A stretch of 63,544 nt of DNA from Parasitella parasitica NRRL 2501. Taxonomy: Eukaryota; Fungi; Mucoromycota. Within the stretch, counting starts at the first letter, position 1. The number at the start of each line of letters is the position of its first letter. The notes beneath the pieces were generated by a model. It was not told the origin of the DNA, did no database searches, and worked only from the letters and a program-made list of their open reading frames with translations. Positions 11,717 to 23,754 of this stretch are shown in pieces. The translations under genes and the position numbers were made by a program. The stretch covers positions 34,830-98,373 of the forward strand of contig MU619355.1 of the NCBI GenBank assembly GCA_025201805.1, read 5' to 3'.

Positions 11717-13683
11717 TTAAAATTCAAACAGCTCATTGTGAGGCTCAAATCCTCGGATTACAGATTGATTCACGACATCACGAGTAAAAGGCGTAGAACC
11801 ACAGGCATGTGTAAAGACTCTGCGGTTGGAATTAACTGTCTTGATCCTTTCCATTTCTTCAGCGATAGGGGGTCTGACACCGTAAATCACTTTGAAGCCC
11901 TCAAGGTTTTCTAGGGTATTATTGCCTTCCTTTTCTCTAGTAATGTACACAGTAACAGATAAGCGAATAGGCGTAACCGCATTCTTGCATTTTTCATCCC
12001 AATAATAGAACATGTCCATGTATACGGGGACTTCGTCTATTTGCAATAATTAGATCATGTAAAGTCATTGATGCATGCATTTATATAGCAAGTATTTTCT
12101 TTTTTTACCAGAAATTCTGACAGCCCATATCAAATAGACGTGCTCTGTTGTCATAGTACGCAAGCCAATAGATTTTTTATCTATAATATCTTTGATAATA
12201 CACATTGCAGGAGTCACGCCAACGCCAGTAGCAAAAAAAGCAGCTACGGGGAAATCCTGGAACTGGAGTTGAGGACCATAAGGACCATCGATATACACTT
12301 TGAGTTTATCGTTGGCGGCAGCTGTTTTTAAAAGATCGCTTGTCTTTTTACCCAATGCTTTGATATGAAATGAGGCCATTGACTTGGTTTGCTTGTCTAT
12401 AACGCCGTTACCACGACGACGAAGGCTGGAGCAATCAGATATCGAGCTAGCATCGGTGAGACTTTCTGCTGGTGAAGCGTTTTCATACTTTTCACCTAGT
12501 TTGGCTTTTGCAACTTCCTTCTGTTCGTTCTGTGAGTCAACAATACGCTCTTCGATTCCGCTATCACTAGGATCATTAATACGGAAAACCTCAGAAATGG
12601 TAAACGGATGCCAGTTGGCGTATTCCCAAAGCCTTTTTCCATTGATAACAAAAGAAGCAAACACGTATTGACCAGGTTTGAAGTACTTGAGTGCATTGTG
12701 TTCGTACAAGACGCGAACAATACCGTCCTGAGTGGCAGTTTGAGTAGCAACTTGGTCAACACGGACTATAGTTGGTCTATTATACCAAGACTTGTATGTC
12801 CGAACAACACGGTCAGCAAACCAAAGAAGGACAGCAGGTATAAAGAATGCAAAGCAAGTGGTCTCGTGCCAGCAGGAGAAGATGATGGCGACTATGAGAA
12901 AAATGACATGGCAGTAGTAAAACACTTCAAAGTAATTACGGCGAATGTATTCTAGTGAAGAGACAAACATAATCAAGAAACCCAACATTGCAATAGTACC
13001 AGTAGTTTGCTCGGTATTCCTGAAAAGAGCATCTTTAACAACATAGTTCTTTTGATAACCGACAATTCTGCATATTTCATATAATTAGTTTCAAATGCTG
13101 ACAGAGGTATTTATGGAGCTTCTACTTACATGCGCCAGACAAAATGAGGCATGAACTCGGCAAGACCAATACGAGCAACAATCCGATGGAAAGGTATAAG
13201 TTCTTCGAATGTCAAGCCAGACATTTTGGGTAAGAGAGAGTTTCTTTGAGCAAGGAAAAAAACAAACCCCCAATTCGCCATACCAACAAAAGCAGCACGA
13301 CGATCCATTTGACCGATAGCGGGAACAATGTATGGGCCTGCCATTGCAAATGGAGCAAACAAACAAAAGAGAACGTTCAGGATGCAGAACAAGGTGATAC
13401 CGATTATATGTTTTACGGGGAACATTTCAGTGCTGAAAGGAATCCGCACAACATAATCAAGACGGTTCCAGTATTTAAAAAACGGCAATTCAGTTACAAC
13501 ATTGTCTTTTTTACCACTGATCCTACTCTTCCGAATTCGATAAATACGAATTCTATTCAATTGATAGCCAATACAGTAGAGAGCAAAGAGACCCCACCAA
13601 AAAAAGGTATAAGCCAGACCGGCTATAAAGAAATTACTGGTGGTTCTAATTGTGTATGCGCTATCACTGTTTCCGTGAGCCAT
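11717..13683 (-). CDS. Ferric reductase (FRE/NOX-family flavocytochrome); 3 exons
   Basis: TM domain with heme His motifs (IPFHRIVAR, FEVFYYCH), FAD motif WHPFTIS, NADPH motifs DGPYG / ATGVGVTP / ACGS, and terminal HNELFEF*. Confidence 0.95.
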
Positions 13684-13824
13684 TTTTTTTTATGTGATTG
13701 ATTCAACGCAATAGAGTAAAGAAGCCTACTAGCACTGAGAAAGTGATGGAAAAACCTTTTTATATAATGATCCATAAACAGAAATATTCTGTAGCCAATG
13801 AAGCTGAATACTGATAGATCAAAT

Positions 13825-14875
13825 TTATCTGATTTTAGTCATTTTTATCAGATTGATTTTCCTAGGGTAATCGTTTATTGCTAACGTTAGTTTCACCAAA
13901 AAAGAGCGATTTTAATGAAAGACCCGGGTATTTTTGTCTTGACATTGATTCCGCGGCTATGAAAGTGTGAGTTTCTGATGTATCTTTTCCACTAGTCTGC
14001 TTAATATACAGACATTATATCTATGAAATGCGTTGATCTGTTGTTTTTATGGACCTTGTATATAAGCAATACGATACATTTGGTTGCAACAATAGCACAC
14101 GGAGCAACATTTTATTTTCATTTTCAAATCGAAACCCCACCCGAACAAGAAAGAGGAAGATCTTGGCCGTTTTGTGCAAACATGCAAATAAAGAAAGATT
14201 AATAATAGGTAACTTGCCTTTCAAATGTGTTTGCATTAGTTATCGCATGACATTTGTACTCGATGCTAATGATTGACCTCATCCTGTATAATAACATTGA
14301 TGATTAAGACGACTTTTCAGTAAATGACAAGTAAAAAACTAAAGTTTACACGGAGCTCGCAATTCGTTTATCAGATGTCTTTATTGGTTTTATGGTACAT
14401 ATCTATCGGAACCAAATGGATCTATTCATTCCTTGTATTAAATGAAATATTGTAGATTGTCTATTTCGAGCAGTCAGAGAAATTTATCCATGTCCTTAGA
14501 AACTTTTCAAGCGTCGGTCCTACAGATTAAAAAAAAAACTAAAATAAAATAAAATAAAATAAAATTAAAAACTTGCTTGGTTTAAACAGCACATTTATAT
14601 CAAGCAACCCTTCCATCAATACGGTATAATATGAAGCAATTTCATTTCCTAAGAATCAGTGCTTTTGAAAATTTTCATTCGGAAGAATTGAGATTGACAT
14701 GACAATATCAATTTGAGTAATATTTTTTTTTTTTTTTTTGTATTAAAACAATTTGAGTAATATTATACCAGCAAGTGGTATAACGTCGTACTAGAACACC
14801 ATTTTCTAATTTTAAATTCCTTATTTGTTTAAAAGCACTAGTTACTCAAGAAATCAGATCTAAAAAATCTGATAA
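13825..14875. promoter_or_regulatory. Four ATCWGATAA iron-GATA (SreA/Sre1/Urbs1-type) sites upstream of the ferric reductase
   Basis: TTATCTGAT 13825-13833, TTATCAGAT 13845-13853, TTATCAGAT 14368-14376 and ATCTGATAA 14867-14875. Confidence 0.75.
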
Positions 14876-14908
14876 GCGAGTAATATTTCAAGCGCCGGAC
14901 ATACCAGA

Positions 14909-15839
14909 CTTTGATTAAAATTGAGCAAAAAGGCATCTTTTATTTCGGCACTACCCAAATTTGATTTCGTCAATAGGTAATAAGTTCGTCATTGGGACGC
15001 CATTCATATAAACGTACGCTACAATGTGTCCTGAATTAATTTACGAGTGTTATGGAAGGTTTTTTATTTCAAAGAATTTTTCTAAGCATTAATCGCTCCC
15101 TTTTTTATTAAACTTTTAAAATGGTTACAACCCGCAGAACTGCAATTGAAAACGAAAGTACCAATGATCAACATTCTCGCTCTAGAAGACGACCTGGAAG
15201 CCATCATAGGGGCCCAAGAGGAGCGTATAAAAATCCTTCTCAAGAATTAAGAGACTTGGCTATCAAATATTGTGAGAGGATGGACGATAAGTCGATTACC
15301 CAGGCAGCAAGAGAATTAGGTGTCAAACGCAGTACTCTTAGTAATCATGTAAATCTTTACAGGCAGGAAGGCCGTAGTGTGCCCTTGAAAAGAGGAAGAA
15401 AAAAAGGAGAAACAATCAAATTTAATGAAGCTCATCAGCAATTTTTACAAGACACTCTTGATGAGGATTGTACCCAAACACTTGAAACTTTAAAAGAAAA
15501 ACTTGAAAGTAACTTTCCTGATCTGGCAGAAAAGAATATTTCAATAAGTGGTCTTTGGAGATTCCTGGTATCACGCATTGGATATACTTTGACTCGTGTC
15601 AAACCTGTTGAAGAATGAAGAAATACAACCGCCGCAAAGGAAGTATGATATGAGTATGTAGATAATAAAGTTGCATTAAATATTACAATAATTGCATTTT
15701 TGTCGATAAAGCTGGATTTAATGCCAACTTGGTTTGTGGGGTTGGGTACTCAAAGGAGGGACATCAGAGCGTAAATCATAAAAAACATGTGTATACTTGA
15801 CGAAATAAAAATTACTTTTGCTCAATTCTAGGTCGAAAG
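14909..15839 (+). mobile_element. Internally deleted Tc1/mariner-IS630-like DNA transposon with degenerate ~43-bp inverted repeats
   Basis: HTH ORF 15121-15618 (SITQAARELGVKRSTLS), then stops and FVDKAGFNAN (degenerate first D of DDE). 14909-14950 is an inverted repeat of 15797-15839 (core AATTGAGCAAAA..TTTTATTTCG). Confidence 0.8.
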
Positions 15840-16041
15840 AAATTTCTCTTGAGACCGTCAGAACAAAATAGGAAATGGTAGTATGCTAAAATCTTGAATA
15901 TTTATTTGATAGTAAAGTTCAAAGATATAAAAAGAAAGAAATTAACACTATCTAAACATGAATCTTCTTTTTCGTTCAGTCATTACCAGCTTTATTACAT
16001 AATTTCTATCTAAAAACTTACATCATTCACAAAAATTTTCG

Positions 16042-18335
16042 ATGTCCTCCCTGAGAAGAGCAGTTACCCGTTATGCAACAACATATTGTTGCTCTATAGG
16101 CCCGGCCTTAAGGTGCCACTAACATGCCAATGCAGTCAGCGGATGACACTGCTACTCTTTCCTTACACTCCATGGGTACTCGGCCCTATTACGACTGGTC
16201 TCCTTCTGAAGGTATTAATGAATTGATGAATTTGGATGCTCCATTACACACTGCAGAGCTCCTCACTGATTCGGAACGCAAGACCATCATCGAATCGTAC
16301 CCTCCTATGGCCCATCTGGACTACAAGGCCCCCGCTACCATCCCTACGGCTGAACGTGCGATGAACAAGGGCCAACGCTATGAGGATAACTCCTTGAAGC
16401 AGCTACAATATCAATTGTCAGCTGCTTATCGCCCTCTTGACATCCTCAGTCTTGAATTGTTAACATCTGAGGCAGGTAACCCTAACTTGGAACGTTATTG
16501 TACAATTCTTCGAGATGTGCGCAAGCATGTTACATGTAGGAGCCTCTATCACGCATTCTCGTAACAACATTGCTCTTCGTGCTATCAGTCCTTCTTTTAC
16601 GTTGAAATCAGGTAATGAGACCAATTACACTCTTCCTCTTGATGAATTTCAGAATGCATTGATTCAACAAACGGCTGCACGCAAGGCTACTCGTGAGGCA
16701 ACTATTAATAAACGTCAACGTCGCCATGCTAACGATGGTAACTATCAGTCTTCTGGTTCTTTTTCGACATTTACGGATCAGCAGTTTTTTCGGCCAGGTT
16801 CACCCTCGCAGCAGGGTGGTTTCAACAACAACAACAACAACACCTTCAGCAAACGCAGCAACAACAGCAGCAGCAACAAGAGCAGTAACAGCAACAACAA
16901 TCCCTTTCGTTAGTAATCACAACAACTACACCAACAACAACAACAGCCGACCCAGTGGGCGGTCGACTCAGCAAGCATTTTCAACAATGGACCGATATCA
17001 CCAACAATTCGTTCGTTATTAACACGGTTCAACACGGTTATCGCATTCCCTTTCATACAACACCAACATCGATCGCTCCGTTCTCAGTCAAACAAGCTAC
17101 CCTCATCGATGAAGCCATACAAGATTTCTTGGCCAAATCAGCAATCGAAAAGGTGACTCCTCAGCTGGTACGGCAAACGCCAGGCTTCTACAGCTCAATT
17201 TTTGTCATTCGGAAGAAGAATGGCGGCGTCCGTCCGGTAGTCAACCTCAAGAAGCTCAATCAAACAGGTAATGAACAAACCCCATCGTCAAACTCCCCCT
17301 CCAGGTCATACACAGCTTGACAATGCGGATACAAGCAGCGACATTTGCAATCTTCCCAGATCGCCTGTACACTCGCCACCTTTTGTATTACAAGAATCAA
17401 ACAGTGAAATCAGATCTGGATTGGAATCGTCCTCGATCTCTGGATCAAGCGAGTCTGAAGGAATTGCAATGGTGGTACGACAACATTTGCAAGTGGAATA
17501 GCCGTTCGATACTCCCGTCAACTCCCAATCAAACAATGTCTGTGGTAGCCAGCAACACGGGATGGGGTTGCTCATGGAACCATCATCGGGCTCACGGGTA
17601 CTGGACATCAGAGGAAGCGGCTCAATCGATCAATTGGAGGGAGCTCAAAGCAGCTCAACTAGCTCTCAAGACATTTCCTCTTCCACCAAACTCCACAGTT
17701 TTGATCAGGACGGACAACACGACCAGCCTCTCCTACATCAACAAGCAAGGTGGAACCCGCTCTCTTCCTCTACTAGAACTGGCTACAGAAGTATGGACAT
17801 GGTGTCTCCAGAACAAGATTATGATCCAGGCACAACATATTCAGGGAATACAGAACATAATAGCGGATTTCGAGTCTCGCCGACAATTCTTCAAGAATCA
17901 ATGGAGGATCACACCACAGATATTTCAACAGATACATCAAACTTGGGGCTCTTTCTCTATAGACCTCTTCGCCGACAGGACAACGAAATTATTACCAAAA
18001 TACGTGTCGTGGATGCCGGACCCAGACGCTCCCTACACGGATGCACTATCCATTCCATGGAACCAATTTCTGAATCCCTTCGCAAATCCTCCTTGGAATC
18101 TCATCTCTCGGGTGCTGAACAAGATCAGACAGGAACAGCTTCCCTTGGTGACTCTGGTGGTGCCGTACTGGCCGAGTGCTTTACGGTTCCCTTTCCTCCA
18201 ATGGTTAGCTCTCTCAGCGCCATGGATGTTGCCGCCACAAGCGGTGGAAACAACATCCCCCAGGACTCCTCATCCTCTGCGACAGCAGAATTGGATGCTC
18301 TTCGTGTGGTGATTATCCGGCAACAACTAGTGAAG
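16042..18335 (+). mobile_element. DIRS-like (tyrosine-recombinase class) retrotransposon relic: frameshifted gag, deleted RT, RNase H, N6-adenine MTase-like domain; YR lost
   Basis: RT start VGGRL...W...GYRIPF...FYSSIFVIRKKNGGVRPVVNLKKLN, RNase H (ASNTGWG, INWRELKA, RTDNTT, NIIADFESR), MT domain (IDLFAD...NPPW...VVPYWP) and a long overlapping +1 ORF (17562-18437) typical of DIRS. Confidence 0.88.
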
Positions 18336-19619
18336 TATGCAGTTGATCCGAAAAATTATGTTGTCCGGGCTGAACAAAATGACGCCCAATCAAAAATAAA
18401 ATGCCGCCTACTCAGAAATGAAATGTCGCTTAACTAGAAGTGAATGTCGGCCAATCAGGAATTAAATTTCGCTTTCACAGGAACAAAATGTCGTCCAATC
18501 AGGAATAAGTTTTCGCTGCTATTAGAATCTTGATTGTCTTTTCTATTGTAGCCTTACGAGATGAAGAACTCTTTTTTTTTTTTATAAAGATGGACAAAAC
18601 AATATTTATAATGAAAATGGTCAATTAACGTATGTAACTATGGAAAATGTCATGTCAACTATCGACGATCCCAATATTGTTCTTGAAACTTTGGATAATC
18701 ACTCTTCTTATATAAAGAATTAGCCATTGGAAAAAACAACCAACTGAAAGTTACCTCAAAGAGTACAAATGCAGACTATAGCATTAATCAGAGGACGACG
18801 TTCATCGATCGTATGATCGAATTACCTGTGTGACAGAGGTATGCCGCTGTGGTCGGGAGAGAATTAGGTGTCAAAGAACGAACTGCTCAGCGATGGTGGA
18901 GAAGCTACGAAGTGACTGGCCAAGTGCCGATCAAAAAATCAACCCAAACAACTTTACAGAGGAACACAAAGCTCACGTCTTGGACCTCGTTGATGACGAT
19001 CCACAGGTTACTGTTTGTGATGTACTCGAAAGTTTGACTACATCTTTTGAGGATTTTTAGCTTACAGAATCAGCCATCCATAAACACATGAACGAAACTT
19101 GTAACCTGTCAGTCAAAAAACCACATTTCGAGTCTGAGAAACGCAATAGTCCTGAAAACCTACAAGAGAGATACGAGTGGTTTATGAAATGGAAGGATTC
19201 AGATGCTGACTTCACGAAAAACTGTATTTATTTTCATTGATGAATCAGGGTTTCATATCAATATGCGAAAGAATTACGCATGGTCCAGAAAATCAGAGCG
19301 TGCAGTTGTTAAGCTACCTGAGACAAGAGTTGCTTCTCATACAATCATCGGTGCTATATCTACAAAAGGTGCCGTTCATATTGCGTTGAGAAAGCCTCCT
19401 CCACCACCTGCGAAAGATACAAAGAAACGTGCGAGAGACAATAAAGGCAAGAAGAGAGCAGTTACGGCAGTCGAGGAAGAGGCCGACACTACTACTTCTG
19501 ACAACTCACAGAAGCCTCCTCCAAAGGGAACCACTTGTGCTCACTATACAAAGTTTATCAACAAACTCCTTGACATTCTAGATAATAGTCACTACACAGG
19601 ATTGTTTAGGTTGGGTTAA
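18336..19619 (+). mobile_element. Second Tc1/IS630-like transposase pseudogene, 3'-truncated, abutting the DIRS relic
   Basis: HTH VVGRELGVKERTAQRWW, then FIDESGFHINMRKNYAWS...SHTIIGAIS...KGTT. Frameshifts and stops present; the second and third catalytic residues are missing. Confidence 0.85.
18372..18525 (+). repeat. Degenerate tandem array of 7 x ~22 bp (consensus ~RAAYAAAATGTCGCYCAATCAG)
   Basis: Units start at 18372, 18394, 18416, 18438, 18459, 18481 and 18503, with no spacers. Confidence 0.8.
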
Positions 19620-21099
19620 GCACGCTACATCGTACTGGGATAGAGGTTTACAAAGAGATCGATTTGAGATAAAGCTTACCGCTTCTTTCCCATTTCAATG
19701 ATTTCGTCTAACTATGTAACTGTGTCTTTGTCTAACTGTCAGGGATTGATATTCATTCAAGGGAGTAAAAAGGGAACATATTCAAGTGCAATTGTTTGAG
19801 TTGAATGTAAGTCAAAGCTTTTATTTGTATGAGAATTTTTACTTCATATTTATTGATGAACTGAACAACCTCAATGTCTTTTGTCATACAGTATTCTTGG
19901 CTTTTTATTTCGCTTAGCGTCCAATAAACAGACATGAAGCTAAGGTTTGAAATATTTACAGATGGTAATTATGCTACATTGGGAGTGATTATTTTATAGA
20001 AGGGAAAATGGGCAAGCATTGCCCAGTAGAACTTGCGGAAAGATAGTCCAGGAGAGGTACTAGATGCATATCCATAAAAAAATCAACTGGAAGCATACAT
20101 AGTATAGGGTAAATTCAGCATGATAATCTTGCAGAACGCTCTTGAAACGAGCCAGTGATCCTCTGTTTGACGAACAGACGTTGTAAGTTCTTCACCCGCC
20201 GCAGACTAGCAAGCCAAAGGAAAAACAGACCAGATAAGGTATTCTCAGCGATGACACTTGACCTGAAATATAGAATATTAGTTATATCTATTAGCCGTTT
20301 GACAAAAATTTAATACTTATGAATGCAAACCACAGCAAAAGAAGAAGTATGGAAAGACTCTCTGCATCCTCACGTAGGGTTGAACTTACGCTTACGACGA
20401 CATCAACTAGACCCTATGCGTTAATGGAAAGAAGCTAACCATTAAGAATCTAATTGACTTGGCAGAGGGGACAAAACCAGCNNNNNNNNNNNNNNNNNNN
20501 NNNNNNNNNNNNNNNNNNNNNNNNNNNNNNNNNNNNNNNNNNNNNNNNNNNNNNNNNNNNNNNNNNNNNNNNNNNNNNNNNNNNNNNNNNNNNNNNNNNN
20601 NNNNNNNNNNNNNNNNNNNNNNNNNNNNNNNNNNNNNNNNNNNNNNNNNNNNNNNNNNNNNNNNNNNNNNNNNNNNNNNNNNNNNNNNNNNNNNNNNNNN
20701 NNNNNNNNNNNNNNNNNNNNNNNNNNNNNNNNNNNNNNNNNNNNNNNNNNNNNNNNNNNNNNNNNNNNNNNNNNNNNNNNNNNNNNNNNNNNNNNNNNNN
20801 NNNNNNNNNNNAAGAAGCTAACCATTAAGAATCTAATTGACTTGGCAGAGGGGACAAAACCAGCGTCAAATTGCTCCTGTGTTAAACGTGCACAATTTTA
20901 TAGCTGGTTAAGTTGTCTATTGGCATACTTGAGAGAAAAAACCTTTTTCATTCATCAAACACGACTACATTTGAAATAAATCGGACTTCCAAGGTTCCTC
21001 CATCCAAACAAACGTCATATTCATGTCAGAAGCATGCTTGATTAAGACATGTTACAATTTCTCAGTGTTCACATTCCGCTTTTTTTTCCTCAAAAAAAG

Positions 21100-22868
21100 A
21101 TGTCAAATAAGCGCTCATCCTGTAGTACTTCCGCTGATCAAGCCAGACTAAAAAAGATTAGAATTAATGGACTTAGCAAAGACTACAAATTTTTAAAATG
21201 GGTAGAAGCAAGCCTTCAAAGATCGCCTCCTGGGTTAGAGTATTCTTCGTTTGCAGAGCAATTTGAGGGGACAGAAGAAGCCACAAACACCAATTACAAG
21301 GATTTACTTTTGACCCTTCAAAGTCACCAAAGTAATAGACTGACTAGCATTGCCCATAGTGCTGAAATCGCTTTTAATGTATATGCATATTAAATTCTGA
21401 ACTTTTTGACAACTATTAACTTGTTTTTGCTATATCATAGACCCGACGCAATAAAAACTCAGTTTTTGGAAAGCAATACTTGAATTACTGGGAAAATCGC
21501 AAAGATCAAGCCTTGGAAACAAATATCAATAATGACGCTCGTAATACTGTCTCCTCCATTCAACAATTAGTAAACCAAAACATCAGAGAAAAAGCCAAAA
21601 TCGTAAGAAATGGTAACAAGTATCCATTACTGTTTAATATTAACATCGTTATATAATTAGGTGCTTTGCCGTTCCTCATCATCTCCTGGATCTCTATCTT
21701 CTGACTTGGAATTCCCTGACCCTACAGCTCCTGGCTCTGATTCCCCCGGCTCTGAATCCCTTGACCCTTCATCTTCTGGCTCTGCACCTTCTAGCTCCTC
21801 AACTTCTGACATACCCATAAACGAGAATATAGCAAAAATATTAGTACAAGCCTCTAATCTAGCATCCGATATGTAACTCGCAATCATAATTTTATCTGAT
21901 TAATTTTCTAAATTAAATTTCTACATAGGGTTGGACATTTAAACATTATCGATCTATCATCAGATTCAGTTGTAGAGACATTGAAAGAATATATTACAGA
22001 AGAAGAGTACATGAATATCATTTCTTCACTTAAAATCAAAGAAGTGGAATTATCAAAAAATGCAAATGAGCTGATCAAAGCTATTAAATCAATTAAAAGT
22101 TTCTCCTGCAGAACTCTGCGAAACATCTTATACAAGCATGGATACCAGTGTGATTATGACCCAATAGCAGAATATGATACCGGAATCGTTGCGAATTTAG
22201 TACAACATTTGTAAGAAACCTGTTGATACACTATTCCATATCGTCTTATTACTTACCAACACAATATATAGCCTCGACCTAATTGAATCACCCAATAACC
22301 CTCTTAATTCCAAATCACTTGAAAGGACAGCAGCGGTGCACACGAGCATAATCATTATCAATCGACTGTTTCTTTCTGTCAACGATATTATTGAATTGGG
22401 TTGGCTGGAGAGGGAGTATTATGCAACTCATAAAACGAAATGGGACGGAGTTCTTTTTAAGGTCGATGATCATAAGATCTCTCCTGGTTTCTTAGAGTTT
22501 TCTGGCGGTGCAAACAACAACACTACTATAACAAAAGAGCGACGTGATGTAAAAAAATTGTACAGCAAAATGATCGATGTTATGAATCAATACTCTCCGA
22601 AAATAAGGAAAAAAAGTTTCTGTATAAGATTTTACGGTAAGGCCTTTCTTTTGTATAGATCATTTACTCTCTAATCGTGCTATTTTAAAAAATAGAAAAT
22701 ACGATTTTTTTCGAAGAGTTAAGCGTTTACAAAAAGGCAATGTTCAGGATTCAACACGTAGCAATCACAATACCAACAACCGTAAGATCGCTCGTTAAGT
22801 TTGCTGATGAAATCCCCAAGATAATAGCATGGAGGAATGCCGTTGTCAAACATGTTGAGCAGTTCTGA
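21100..22868 (+). CDS. Six-exon hypothetical protein with a C-terminal PD-(D/E)xK / REase-like domain
   Basis: GT-AG introns link the 21049, 21661, 21981 and 22336 ORF pieces to a last exon ending VVKHVEQF* at 22868. Motif KWDGVL...PGFLEFSGG...D.KKL. Confidence 0.7.
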
Positions 22869-23754
22869 AGTTTTTTTTTTAAAAAAAAAATAATAATAAT
22901 TATGATGTGGATATTGCTTCATTTCGTTGCATTTATAAAATCCAAGTACATATGTGAAAAAAAAACAAGTGTTTATAACCTAATTACAATATTTACACCG
23001 TAAGCACTGTCTAAATAAAGTTAGCAATCATCCCAAGGGTACAACAAATGCTCATTTTATCAAGTTTGTCAATGAGCTCCTTACTATTATGGATGAGGAT
23101 GAATCTTTAAAGGGCGGCTATTTAGTGACAGATAGTTAGTATCCATAAGTCAAAACCGATGATTCAAAAAATTGAAGCTAGAGGTTATAGAATAATGTGT
23201 CTCCCCCCTCCCCTTACTCGCCTGAGCTAAATCTTATTGAAAAAAAAAAGTACTTTCTTTACTCAAACGTGTCAAAATGATAATGTTATGAGAATAACCT
23301 CTATCTAACCTTGTTGTTTGCGTTACCTTTTCATATTAAATATCTTTTTTGTTCATGTTCAAGTTCTTTTTTATTTGTTTCTTTTCTTAGCGTGTATATT
23401 TAAAGAAGTTTAAAAAGGAATTCTATCACAACATTTCGAGACTTGACGTTTTGGATGGTTTGCAAAACCAACTCAACAAGACTTGCTCACAGGCATCCTT
23501 GATTCTACTGGACATGGTCTCAGGGCATAGCAATTGTGCACTTGAATTTAGGTTTATTGTTTGAATAAACGTATAAGGTACCATACCAACGACGCAAAAT
23601 TTCAAGCAAACGACTGTATAGCTGATCCTTGTACTAATGGTTTATATACATCATCAATAGACAAAGGGGACTAGTGATTGTTTGTCTAAAGTAGCATTTA
23701 TTAAAAAATCTAACACAAATCTAGGGATACATTTTTACAACTAATATTAACAAT

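Noticed and set aside
18372-18525. 22-bp array as a CRISPR-like locus
   Set aside because: No unique spacers, degenerate units, eukaryotic context and no cas genes.
19620-20430. Possible continuation of the DIRS YR or a small spliced gene
   Set aside because: Splice-like signals exist on the minus strand, but I found no coherent ORF or recombinase motif.
20429-20864. Identical ~53-bp direct repeat on both sides of the N gap (LTR/TSD-like)
   Set aside because: It abuts the gap exactly on both sides, so it is most likely an unmerged contig overlap (assembly artefact).
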